From Patescibacteria group bacterium (GTDB lineage: Bacteria; Patescibacteriota; Microgenomatia; 0-14-0-10-38-17), in assembly GCA_050953885.1 (NCBI GenBank), contig JBMNNJ010000002.1, forward strand, positions 190,140 to 247,643: a stretch of DNA of 57,504 bases, given 5' to 3'. Positions 16,395 through 25,083 of this stretch are shown here, piece after piece. How positions within the stretch are numbered: position 1 is the first letter of the stretch; each line of letters begins with the position of its first letter. The notes beneath the pieces are model-generated. The model did not search any database. It was not told the DNA's origin and was given only the letters and a program-made list of their open reading frames with translations. Made by a program: the position numbers and the translations under genes.

Positions 16395-19382
16395 TTACGG
16401 CAGGGCCCCCCATTCGGTTTGGAAGAGAAGATCTTGATCAAGCACCTGAAGATAAGTAATTGTGCCTTTGCCCAAAAGCGGTTCTTTGGTGATTCTCTTA
16501 CCCCGGTTGTTTTCCAAAATTATCGTTCCCAAAACCCAATCTTGGGGGTAAGAAATTAAAGTTACCTCCTCGCCAAATTTATTTCCCGGCTGTTTTTGCC
16601 ACAAAAAGGCTAAACTCTTCTTTTCGCCTTGCCAAGAAGCAGGCAAACGATAAGTAATCTCCAAAGTGTAGCTTTCCTTTATGGGCACCTCTATTAATAG
16701 AGCTACCACCTTTTTCCCTTCTTCTTCCCCTTGGGAAAAATCATCTCTTCTTTGCCGTGTTCCCCCCGCTTTCTCCCCGAAAACACTTTCTATTTGCGCG
16801 TTTTGGGGCAAATAAAGGCGCAGATAGTTTTTGTACTTTCCCCCGGGCCAGGTATCGATTTGGGCGTTATTTTGATAGGTAATTTTCACCGTGTGGGCAA
16901 GACCATCTTGCGAACAATCCAAATGTTGGGCTATTTTTCTGGTGACAAAAAAGTCAGCCTTATTGGCGCCCACATTGGTGTCTACCACCAAAAGATAATC
17001 CGTCAAACAACCTTCTTTAAGACATTTTGCCTGTTTTAACGCCCCGTCAAAACCTAAATTAGCCGCCAACTCTTCCAATTCTTGATTGTTAAAATAAAGC
17101 AAAAAATCCCGCCCTGTTAACGATTCTAAAAACGCTTTCCCGAGGCTTAAAAAAGGAGCTTCTCCTTCTTTTATTTTTTCAAAAAGAGCAAAGGAAAGCG
17201 CCCCCAGAAAATCTTTTTTTTGCGTTGACCCCGGAAAAAAATTCACTTCACTATGGTATTCGGCCCGCTCGAAAAGATTCTCGGCGGTAATTTCCTCGTT
17301 ATAATCCGGCAAATAGACCCCGCCGGTGGCTTCAAGCAGTCTTTTGGCCACCTCAAGATTAATTGCCCAAACGCCGTCCACTTTTTGCCCCATCTCTTTT
17401 TCTAAAAACCAAGCCGCCTGAACTGCCGTTTTGGGAAAAGAGGGTGACCAATTAGCATCGCGTAAATACCAACCATCTTCGCCTAAATATTTCCCAAGAT
17501 CCGCCGGCGGCTCCACATGCCCCCGCAATTGGCCATCCGCCTCATAAACATCATAAACTTTAAAATCTGCTAATTTACCTTGGAAAAAATTAAGAAGAGC
17601 GTAAGAGCCGATAAAACCGCCCGTAGGTCGCAATTCCATATTATTTTGCAAAAGAACCAGAATCGTTTGCCGCTCCTGACTTAAGAATTTTTCTCCCAAA
17701 GGAAGAGCTTCAAGGGTGAGTTCCAAAAACGAAAGCGTTTCTTTGGCCTTCAAAGCAAGGGGCCGGTAGTCCTCCGGCAATTTCAGGCTTTCCGCCGTTG
17801 CCAAAGCCGCTGCCAGATCAAAGTAAGCCTGTTCAAGCGGAAGCTTAAAAGCAGAAAATGAAGGTGGGCCGCTTGCCTGACGATTATTTTCTAAAATTAT
17901 TTCCAGTTGACTTTCTGCCTGGCTGATAACCTTTTCCAGATTTTGGGAAGAAGAAGCCAAATCAACTCCCAGCTTTAAATACTTTTCTAACGACGCCTCG
18001 CCTTCGGACCCCAAAATTAGCTTAAAAATCGGCGCTGTTTTTTGGGCAAACCGCTGGCAAAATAAAAGATGGCTCTTGGCGGCCATGGCTTTTTGGCCGG
18101 CGGCGGCAAAGTCAGCCGCGCCCACAGCCTGATAGGCTTGTTTTAAAGAATCTATCCCTATTTTTGCCCGACCTAAAAAAACTAAAAAAGGCAGGATTAA
18201 CAAAAATAAAAAAACAACCAAGGCAATAAGCGGCCCCTCTTTTTTTCTTCCGTTTTTGGGAGAAGAGGGAATGGGTTCTGCCTCCTGGTTTTCAAGAATT
18301 TTAATCTCTTCCCCAAGGTGAGGAATGATGATTTCCTCTTCCTCGTAAGCGCTTAAATCCGTTAAATCAAAAAAAGGGGGAGGGGGGCTACTTTTATTGG
18401 GTAAGGGCTGGCTTTCTTCTGGACTTATTTTTTCTTCAGAGACCGCGGCCACTTCTTCATTATCTTTGCTTTTAACTTTCGCTTGAAAATTAACCTCTCT
18501 TTCCTCCTCTCTCTTTTCCAAAAAATCCAAAGGGAGCGCCTCAACAAGAGGAATCTCTTTCTCGGCTGCTTCTTCTTTCTGATTTAATATCGCCTTAATA
18601 TCCGAACGATTGAACCAGGAAATTGTTTTTTCCACCCCTTCCTCAAGGGAAATTAACGGCCGCCAGCTTAAATCCTCGGCCGTCTTGGCCGCCCGACCTA
18701 AATAACCAAGCTCCTCGACTTCCAAATCAGCAGAAAAACTGATCTTCAAATCCGGCCAAAAATCCTGCCAAATCTTGGCAAAAGAAAAAGCGGTGATTTC
18801 CTGACCGGCAAAGTAAAAAACCCCTCCCTCGGTTTGGGGCATAAACATAGCGCTTTTCAAGCCCGCGATTAAATCGGCGATAAAAAGCGGGTAAAGAGGG
18901 AAGGACCCATCTTCGGGAAGAGAAATTTTTCTCTCAAAATAAGCTTCGTGAATTAATTCTCCTAAAAAATCTTCCCGGGAAAAGTCAAAGCGAGGTCCAA
19001 AAACTTGCCGCGAAAAAACCAGACGAAGGTTTAAATTTTCCTGAAGAGCTTTTCTTAATAAAAGCGTTTGTTCCTCTTTTGGAGAAAAAACCAGCCACCG
19101 GCGCGCCTCCTGTTTAAAAAGCCAATCCTGATAAGAAGAATCAAGAATAAAACCATAATCAACTTGGGCAAGAGGAGAAAAATCGGTCGGAGAAACAAAA
19201 CGGAACGTTTCCTGACCCAAAAGATGACTTACATTATTCTCTTTAAGACCATCTTTCTCGTCTACCACCACCACAAAACAGCGCTGCGAACAGAGGCTGT
19301 CGGCCAAATGGGAGCCAATAAAACCCGCCCCGCCAAAAACTAGGGCCACCGGAGAGTTAATTTCCTCAGGAAGAATTTTCAT
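16395..19382 (-). CDS. NAD-dependent epimerase/dehydratase-like domain + TM + DUF4012 domain fusion protein
   Basis: N-terminal Rossmann VFGGAGFIGSHLADSL, a mid TM helix (LIALVVFLFLLILPFLVFLG), and C-terminal MELRPTGGFIGSYALL...VYDVYEADGQL typical of DUF4012. Confidence 0.7.
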   Translation of the reverse strand: MKILPEEINSPVALVFGGAGFIGSHLADSLCSQRCFVVVVDEKDGLKENNVSHLLGQETFRFVSPTDFSPLAQVDYGFILDSSYQDWLFKQEARRWLVFSPKEEQTLLLRKALQENLNLRLVFSRQVFGPRFDFSREDFLGELIHEAYFERKISLPEDGSFPLYPLFIADLIAGLKSAMFMPQTEGGVFYFAGQEITAFSFAKIWQDFWPDLKISFSADLEVEELGYLGRAAKTAEDLSWRPLISLEEGVEKTISWFNRSDIKAILNQKEEAAEKEIPLVEALPLDFLEKREEEREVNFQAKVKSKDNEEVAAVSEEKISPEESQPLPNKSSPPPPFFDLTDLSAYEEEEIIIPHLGEEIKILENQEAEPIPSSPKNGRKKEGPLIALVVFLFLLILPFLVFLGRAKIGIDSLKQAYQAVGAADFAAAGQKAMAAKSHLLFCQRFAQKTAPIFKLILGSEGEASLEKYLKLGVDLASSSQNLEKVISQAESQLEIILENNRQASGPPSFSAFKLPLEQAYFDLAAALATAESLKLPEDYRPLALKAKETLSFLELTLEALPLGEKFLSQERQTILVLLQNNMELRPTGGFIGSYALLNFFQGKLADFKVYDVYEADGQLRGHVEPPADLGKYLGEDGWYLRDANWSPSFPKTAVQAAWFLEKEMGQKVDGVWAINLEVAKRLLEATGGVYLPDYNEEITAENLFERAEYHSEVNFFPGSTQKKDFLGALSFALFEKIKEGEAPFLSLGKAFLESLTGRDFLLYFNNQELEELAANLGFDGALKQAKCLKEGCLTDYLLVVDTNVGANKADFFVTRKIAQHLDCSQDGLAHTVKITYQNNAQIDTWPGGKYKNYLRLYLPQNAQIESVFGEKAGGTRQRRDDFSQGEEEGKKVVALLIEVPIKESYTLEITYRLPASWQGEKKSLAFLWQKQPGNKFGEEVTLISYPQDWVLGTIILENNRGKRITKEPLLGKGTITYLQVLDQDLLFQTEWGALP

Positions 19383-19424
19383 TAACTACCATTATAACCA
19401 ACTCCTAACGCCAAAACCATCTTT

Positions 19425-19841
19425 TTAAACATTTTGATCCAAGGTTTGGTTGACTAATAAATCAGCGGCTTTATTTTTGAAACGGGGGATATAAAAATAA
19501 GAAACAGGCACGTCCAGCGCTTTCTCTTTTTGTTTAATCGCCAAAACCAGCGGCAATAAATTTCTGGCTTTAATCTTAAATTGCCCGTTAAGCTGGGAAA
19601 CAACCAGCTTGGAGTCAAGAAAAAATTCAACTTTTCCCGCTTCTTTTGCTTTTTCCTGATAAGAAAGGAGCCAATCAAAAGCTTTCAAGACCGCCTGATA
19701 TTCGGCCACATTATTGGTGGCCCGGCCTAAATAGCGTCCTTCTTGGGCCAAAATTTCCTCCCCCTGATAGACAACAAAAGCGGCGGCGGCTGGCCCGGGA
19801 TTACCCCTTGCTCCGCCGTCGGTAAAGATTTTTAAGGTCAT
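19425..19841 (-). CDS. rnhA: Ribonuclease HI family protein
   Basis: IFTDGGARGNPGPAAAAFVV, TNNVAEYQAVLKA and FYIPRFKNKAADLL are RNase H catalytic motifs. Confidence 0.85.
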   Translation of the reverse strand: MTLKIFTDGGARGNPGPAAAAFVVYQGEEILAQEGRYLGRATNNVAEYQAVLKAFDWLLSYQEKAKEAGKVEFFLDSKLVVSQLNGQFKIKARNLLPLVLAIKQKEKALDVPVSYFYIPRFKNKAADLLVNQTLDQNV

Positions 19842-19896
19842 AATTTATGAATATAAAGATACACGAAACATGATATAGGAAACAGGAAATAAAAAC

Positions 19897-20040
19897 AAAA
19901 TTAAAATTCAAAAGTCAAAAGTTAAAATTACAAGTTAAAATTCAAAAGTAGAACAAAAAACTTTTAACTTTTGACTTGCACTTTTGACTTTTGCATTTTG
20001 AATTTTGAATTATTTTTCTTGTTTCTCGTTCGTGTCTTCA
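19897..20040. repeat. Gene-less long hairpin of 'tcaaaagt/acttttga' words plus 'cgttcgtg' words
   Basis: aaaattaaaattcaaaagtcaaaagttaaaattacaagttaaaattcaaaagtag faces cttttaacttttgacttgcacttttgacttttgcattttgaattttgaatt. The 27 nt cttttaacttttgacttgcacttttga is identical to 21630-21656. Confidence 0.9.
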
Positions 20041-21280
20041 GCGCTTTTTTCCCCACCCAGTATCCTCCTCCCAAAATCAACATCAAAAGTTCCGTCCCCA
20101 AGGTAATTATCGCCGCCCCCCAACCGCCAAGACGGGGGACCAAAAACCAATTGCCCCCTAAATTAAAAGCCAAGGCCAAAAGAGAAAAAAAGAGAAGCTT
20201 TTTTTGCTCTCCCCGCGCCAGAAAAAGATAGCCAAACAAATGATTTAAAAAAGCCGCCACCAAAGCCACCGCAAGAAGGCGCAAAATCGCCACCGAGGGC
20301 AAAAAAGCCTCGCCGCCTAAGATTTTAACTAAAAAAGGAGCAAAAAGAAAGGTGAAAACCCCCACGCCCAAACCAGCGGCAAGAAGAATTTTTCCGCTTT
20401 TCTTGACAATAGTTTTTGTCTTCTTACCTGAAGCGCCGGCCAAAATCGGAAAAAGGCTGTTCATAAAAAAAGCGGCTAAAAGCACTAAATTGGCATAAAC
20501 TTTATAAGCCAAGCCGTAATAAGCCACCGCCGCGCTTCCCAAAAAAGTTTTTAGGAAAAAATTATCAATCCCCTCGTCATAGGTGGCAAAAACCAACTGT
20601 CTTAAGCCTAAGGGCAAGGCTTCTTTAAAAAGAAGCTTGACTGATTTTTTGTTCACCCAAGAGAAGCCAAACTCTTTGTTTTTTAAAACCAAAAAAAGTG
20701 CTCCCAAACCGCTGACCGCCCCGGAAAGAACCCAAAAAACCAAAAGAAGTTGAAGATCGTTTTTACCAAAAATAAAAAGAGCCGAGCTTAAGATTAAAAA
20801 AATTAAGGAAGCCGCAACCTCAAAAAAAACTTTTTTTTCAAAACGAAGATCGGCCATAAAAAGAATATCCGCCGCCGTTCGAACGCTTAAAAAGAAAAGC
20901 GCCAGCGAGGCAATTAAAGCCGCCGGTCTTAAACCGGCAAATTGGGGCAAAAAAAAGGCGGCCAAATTGAGAACCAAAAAAGAAAGCAGTGAAAGACCTG
21001 TTTTTAAAACCAAAGCGGCGGAGAAAATTTCCCGGCGGCGTTTTTTTTCTTGAGAAATCATTCTGACCGCCGTGGCGCCCGTGCCAAAATCAGCTAAGTT
21101 AAAAAAAAGCAAAACTGTGGTGGTTAAAAAAAGATAATCGCCATAACGGGCGGTGCCCAAAAGCCGCGTCAGAAGAAAAACTATTAAAAAAGAGCAAACC
21201 AGCATCATCCCCCGCCCCAAAATCTGCCAAAGAGTGTTTTTAAAAGCAAGGCGAAAAGTAGAAAAAGGCATCTGTTTCAT
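19964..21280 (-). CDS. Oligosaccharide/polysaccharide flippase family protein (MOP/Wzx-like)
   Basis: About 12 TM helices with the usual Wzx-like organisation. The last ~25 codons (..ALKTRTRNKKNNSKFKMQKSKVQVKS) are encoded by the repeat block. Confidence 0.65.
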   Translation of the reverse strand: MKQMPFSTFRLAFKNTLWQILGRGMMLVCSFLIVFLLTRLLGTARYGDYLFLTTTVLLFFNLADFGTGATAVRMISQEKKRRREIFSAALVLKTGLSLLSFLVLNLAAFFLPQFAGLRPAALIASLALFFLSVRTAADILFMADLRFEKKVFFEVAASLIFLILSSALFIFGKNDLQLLLVFWVLSGAVSGLGALFLVLKNKEFGFSWVNKKSVKLLFKEALPLGLRQLVFATYDEGIDNFFLKTFLGSAAVAYYGLAYKVYANLVLLAAFFMNSLFPILAGASGKKTKTIVKKSGKILLAAGLGVGVFTFLFAPFLVKILGGEAFLPSVAILRLLAVALVAAFLNHLFGYLFLARGEQKKLLFFSLLALAFNLGGNWFLVPRLGGWGAAIITLGTELLMLILGGGYWVGKKALKTRTRNKKNNSKFKMQKSKVQVKS

Positions 21281-21344
21281 AATGACAAGTTCGTCCTAAT
21301 TTATCACCCAATTTTATACCAAAACAAGAGGAATAATAATACCT

Positions 21345-21685
21345 AAAAATAAAAAGTCAAAAGTCAAAATGCAAAAGTCAAAATGAAAGAGAAAAAAATT
21401 AAAAATCAGTAACCCGTAATAGGTAATAAAAAAGTGCAAAGAGCCCCGCCACAGCGGGCCGCCCACCCCAGACGGGATTCAAAATCAGTTAGATCCTGAC
21501 TTTCGTCAGAGCCTGTCCTGAATTTAATTCAGGAATGACAGTTGCGATTAGCGTCATTCTGAACTTGATTCAGAATCAGTTAGATCCTGTCCACCAGCCG
21601 GCGGATAAAATTTAAAAGTAAAACGAAAACTTTTAACTTTTGACTTGCACTTTTGAATTTTGAATTTTAAATTTTAAATTTTTAA
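21345..21685. repeat. Nested palindromic repeat block
   Basis: Outer arms aaagtcaaaagtcaaaatgcaaaagtcaaaatg / cttttaacttttgacttgcacttttgaattttgaatttt enclose gatcctgactttcgtcagagc, cctgaatttaattcagg, gcgtcattctgaacttgattcagaatc and tccaccagccggcgga. Confidence 0.9.
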
Positions 21686-21746
21686 TCCGGTGTTTGAATT
21701 CAAGCAAAGATATTACTAAAAAACATAATTACACAATATTATATTA

Positions 21747-23009
21747 CTACTCTAAAATCCCGTTTTTCTCTGTGTTAATAAACCCTAAGACCACCGCGAA
21801 CAAAAGAAAGTTTTGCGGCAAGGTGAGCCAGTAATGATCGAAAAGCCCCAAAAATAATATTAACAGGTAGGGGCGTATTGCATACGCCCTATAATGTAGG
21901 GGCACATTGCCGGCGCGCCAAAATATCTTCACCGCCATGGTTATAAAAACCAACAAACCAATGAAGCCCGTTTCGGAGGCGATTAATAAATAAATGTTGT
22001 GGACCGGCTGGAGCAAATTGACATCTTGGCGTAGAAAAGGGAGCGTTTCCGCCTGGGCGGGGATAAAATTGCCCAAGCCCACGCCCAAAAGAGGCCGTTT
22101 TTTAATTAAAACTAAGGCGTTTTGGGCCAAAACTAATCGCTCGTTCAATGATTTTTGTTCTACCAAACCTGCCTTAACAGAGAAGAGTATCGCTATTATA
22201 TATAATAGGAGCATCGCCCCTACCCCTATTTTAGGCAAAAGACCGGATTTTTGCCGCCATTTTTGCCATAAAAAAATTATTAGCGCCAACCCCGCCCCTA
22301 AATAAGCGGCAAAAGAAAAAGTTAAAAAGAGGGTCAGGCTAAGAAAGAAAAAAACCAAATTAAAAAAAATCTTATTTTTAAAACTTTCCCTTGCCCCCCA
22401 CAAAAGAAGAAGCGAAACCAGCAAAAAGCCGGCCAGGGAATTGGGATGAGAAAAAGTGGCGTAAGGCCGCAAAAGCAAATGATCACCTATCTGCGCCAGG
22501 GCGATTCCGGGAGTGGCCAAATTAAAAGAGCGCTCGCCTAACCACCAAAAAATTCCCCCCAAGGAGCCACCCTTAAACACCTGCCCCCAAGCCAAAAAAG
22601 AGCTGACTAAATTTCCCAAAAGCAAGGCTTGAGGCCAAAGAGAAAACTGAAAGCGTTTTAGAAAAAAAACTAAAAAGGAAAATTCGCCCAGTCTTAGAAA
22701 GCGATAAAAAGAAACTAAGGGACGAGAAGAAAAAATTATATTTAAAACCAAGAAGGCCAAAACCAACCCTAAGTTTAAAATTTTTGTTTTATTTTTCCAC
22801 TCTTTCTTGAGCCATTTTTTCAAAAGAGGCCAAGAAAAAAGAACCAGCGCCAAAATTAAAAGATCGGTTAAATAAATTGTCGGTGAGAGGAAATCAAGCC
22901 TTAACCCCCAAACATAAGCTTCCTCGGGCCAAAAATGATATCCTAATTGGGTAGGCAAAAAAAGAAAGAAGCTCCAAAGCAAAAACTCCCTTATCTTTTT
23001 AACCTCCAT
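21747..23009 (-). CDS. O-antigen ligase (Wzy_C) family membrane protein
   Basis: Polytopic, with the ATFSHPNSLAGFL motif characteristic of O-antigen ligase-like proteins. A hairpin repeat lies in frame at 21867-21919. Confidence 0.65.
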   Translation of the reverse strand: MEVKKIREFLLWSFFLFLPTQLGYHFWPEEAYVWGLRLDFLSPTIYLTDLLILALVLFSWPLLKKWLKKEWKNKTKILNLGLVLAFLVLNIIFSSRPLVSFYRFLRLGEFSFLVFFLKRFQFSLWPQALLLGNLVSSFLAWGQVFKGGSLGGIFWWLGERSFNLATPGIALAQIGDHLLLRPYATFSHPNSLAGFLLVSLLLLWGARESFKNKIFFNLVFFFLSLTLFLTFSFAAYLGAGLALIIFLWQKWRQKSGLLPKIGVGAMLLLYIIAILFSVKAGLVEQKSLNERLVLAQNALVLIKKRPLLGVGLGNFIPAQAETLPFLRQDVNLLQPVHNIYLLIASETGFIGLLVFITMAVKIFWRAGNVPLHYRAYAIRPYLLILFLGLFDHYWLTLPQNFLLFAVVLGFINTEKNGILE

Positions 23010-23023
23010 AGCCCCATTTTACG

Positions 23024-23506
23024 CTATTCTTCCCCTTGCCGCCGGCGCACCACGAGATAGCGATCGCGGCCTTCCCCTTCGGAAAGAGTTTCCATCTCCG
23101 GCTTATCCTTAAAATAAAGATGAATTACCCGCCGTTCAAAGGAAGAAAGACCGGGAAAAGTCACCGGTTCGCCGGTGGCGGCCACTTTCTCCAAAGCCTC
23201 TTGGGCCATTTTTTCAAGCTGTTCTTCTCTTTTCTGCCGATAGCCATCGATATCAACTAAGACCCGTTGCCATTCCCCTAAAGCGTTGGCCGTCATTAAG
23301 TTTAAAATTGTCTGCAAGGCTTCCAAGTTACGGCCAAAACGCCCCACCAGCAAAGCATTGTCCTCTGGCGAGGAAAGAGAAATTTTAAACATTTTATTCT
23401 TTTCGTCTTCTTCAACGGTCACTTTTGCCTCAACTCCCATTTTTCCTAATAATTCTTCGGTTAACTGCTGAATTTTTTCGACTGGTTTTTTTTCTTTATC
23501 AGCCAT
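23024..23506 (-). CDS. jag: Jag/KhpB-like RNA-binding protein (KH + R3H domains)
   Basis: KH-like LVGRFGRNLEALQTILNLM, R3H-like LSSFERRVIHLYF, and position downstream of yidC. Confidence 0.8.
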   Translation of the reverse strand: MADKEKKPVEKIQQLTEELLGKMGVEAKVTVEEDEKNKMFKISLSSPEDNALLVGRFGRNLEALQTILNLMTANALGEWQRVLVDIDGYRQKREEQLEKMAQEALEKVAATGEPVTFPGLSSFERRVIHLYFKDKPEMETLSEGEGRDRYLVVRRRQGEE

Positions 23507-24263
23507 TGCTTTCCTTCACCTCCCTTCGCCTTACCTTCGTTACCGCCAATTGCTGTAAAAAAGAAAATAAAGACGTTATCCACCAGTAAAGGGTCACTCC
23601 AGCGGGCAGAGTGTAGCCAATAAGAAGGGTCATTACCGGCATCATATAAACCATCTGCTTCTGCATCATCACCATCATATCATCGCTTTTGGCGACCGTT
23701 TTTTGGGCCACCTTCTGGGAAGAAGAAACAGCGGGCATCGTCAGGCGGGTGGTTAAGAACTGAAAAAGGGCGGAAAGAATTAAAAATAATCCGGGGATAA
23801 AACCGGCGATAACATCCGGTTTGCCTAAATCAAGGTAGGCAAATTTGAGGTTAATTCCCTCGGCAGGCAAAGAAACGCCGGGATAAAGAAGCCGACTCAA
23901 ATTTTCTCCTCCATTAACTCCTAAAGCCTGAATAAAAACTTGATAAAGAGCAATTAAAATCACAAACTGCAAAAGAGTGGGCAGACAGCCGGCGGCCGGA
24001 TTTACTCCCTCCCGTCGGTAAAGCTCCATTTGCGCTTGGGCTAATTTTTGCTTATCTTTAGCATACTTTTTTTGTAAAGCCTGAAGCTCGGGACCTAAGT
24101 CCTTTATTTTTTGCGCCGAGCGAAGAGAGGGCAGAGAAAGAGGCAAAAGCAAAAGCCGGATAAGAACCGTTAGGGCGATAATCGCTCCCCCCAAAGATCC
24201 TAACCAACCGGTTAAAATCACCAAAGCGTTGACTAAAGGTTGAACTAAAATTGCTTGAAACAT
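23499..24263 (-). CDS. yidC: Membrane protein insertase YidC (short Gram-positive type)
   Basis: LIRLLLLPLS, MELYRREGVNPAAGCLPTLLQFVILIALY and LYWWITSLFSFLQQ are YidC/Oxa1 motifs. Confidence 0.85.
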   Translation of the reverse strand: MFQAILVQPLVNALVILTGWLGSLGGAIIALTVLIRLLLLPLSLPSLRSAQKIKDLGPELQALQKKYAKDKQKLAQAQMELYRREGVNPAAGCLPTLLQFVILIALYQVFIQALGVNGGENLSRLLYPGVSLPAEGINLKFAYLDLGKPDVIAGFIPGLFLILSALFQFLTTRLTMPAVSSSQKVAQKTVAKSDDMMVMMQKQMVYMMPVMTLLIGYTLPAGVTLYWWITSLFSFLQQLAVTKVRRREVKESNG

Positions 24264-24264
24264 T

Positions 24265-24447
24265 TTAAGGATGACAACGCAAAATTCTTTTAAAACCTAA
24301 AAAAGAGCCTTTCAAAACACCATACCGGTTAATCGCTTGGGCGGTATAAACCGAACAGGAAGGATTAAAACGACAGTTATCTCCCAAAAGAGGGGAGAAA
24401 AAAAGCTGGTATCCTTTAATAAGCGCAAGAACAATTGCTTTAATCAT
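24265..24447 (-). CDS. yidD: Membrane protein insertion efficiency factor YidD
   Basis: [33 protein letters not shown]...RILRCHP. Confidence 0.85.
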   Translation of the reverse strand: MIKAIVLALIKGYQLFFSPLLGDNCRFNPSCSVYTAQAINRYGVLKGSFLGFKRILRCHP

Positions 24448-24791
24448 TTTTTCAGAAGACCAATTGATGTTAAAGCTTTTTCCACCTCGGTAAAAATTTC
24501 TTCTTTGTTTAAGCTTAAAGCCTGATCTTTGACAAAAAAAATCACCTCGTAGCCCGGTTGACAGCGATCAAGAAGTTCGCGGACACTGCCGGAAAAAAGC
24601 CGCCGCGTCCGGTTGCGCGCAGTGGCCTGTTTACTTACCTTTTTGGAAATTACAAAAGCAAAAGAAGATGGTTTTTCGGGATTAACCCGACGGTAGCGTA
24701 AAGAAAAAGGAGTTGCCTGATAAAAATCGCCCTTTTTCTTTGTCTCTTCTATTTGGCTTTTCCCCAGCTTTCTCTTTTTAGTTAAATTCAT
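24444..24791 (-). CDS. rnpA: Ribonuclease P protein component
   Basis: Basic 115-aa protein ([22 protein letters not shown]) located between rpmH and yidD. Its ATG overlaps the rpmH stop. Confidence 0.8.
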   Translation of the reverse strand: MNLTKKRKLGKSQIEETKKKGDFYQATPFSLRYRRVNPEKPSSFAFVISKKVSKQATARNRTRRLFSGSVRELLDRCQPGYEVIFFVKDQALSLNKEEIFTEVEKALTSIGLLKK

Positions 24792-24931
24792 ACCACAGTT
24801 AGCTTCTTGCGACCCTTTAGGCGGCGGCGTTTTAAAACACTCCGACCGGTTTGGGTTTTCATCCGCGCCCGAAAGCCATGGGTGCGCGCTCTTTTTCTCT
24901 TCTTTGGTTGGTAAGTTCTTTTGGTAGCCAT
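24788..24931 (-). CDS. rpmH: 50S ribosomal protein L34
   Basis: Not in the ORF track (47 aa). The reverse-strand translation is [47 protein letters not shown]. The stop overlaps the rnpA start (ATGA). Confidence 0.9.
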   Translation of the reverse strand: MATKRTYQPKKRKRARTHGFRARMKTQTGRSVLKRRRLKGRKKLTVV

Positions 24932-24997
24932 AAACTTCTTCTAACGGCTTTTATTATAACATGAAAAAACTGTTAAACTGTTAAATTGTTTCATTGT

Positions 24998-25082
24998 TAC
25001 GGGCGTATTGCAATACGCCCCTACATTTTGTTCGCTCATTCGTGTTAATTCGTTTTCTATTCGCGTCAATTCGCGTCTTTTA
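24998..25082. repeat. Left arm of ~80-bp imperfect inverted repeat bracketing the rhomboid gene
   Basis: gggcgtattgcaatacgcccctacattttgttcgctcattcgtgttaattcgttttctattcgcgtcaattcgcgtc matches the reverse complement of 25765-25830. The same composite recurs at 49220-49282. Confidence 0.8.
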
Positions 25083-25083
25083 T

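Noticed and set aside
19971-20231. 86-aa plus-strand ORF starting in the tcaaaagt hairpin.
   Set aside because: It begins in repeat words and is antisense to the flippase C-terminal TM helices.
23024-24931. Replication origin next to the rpmH-rnpA-yidD-yidC-jag cluster.
   Set aside because: The classic neighbour dnaA is absent (the next gene is a rhomboid). I saw no cluster of TTATCCACA-like boxes or AT-rich unwinding element beyond the ubiquitous word repeats.
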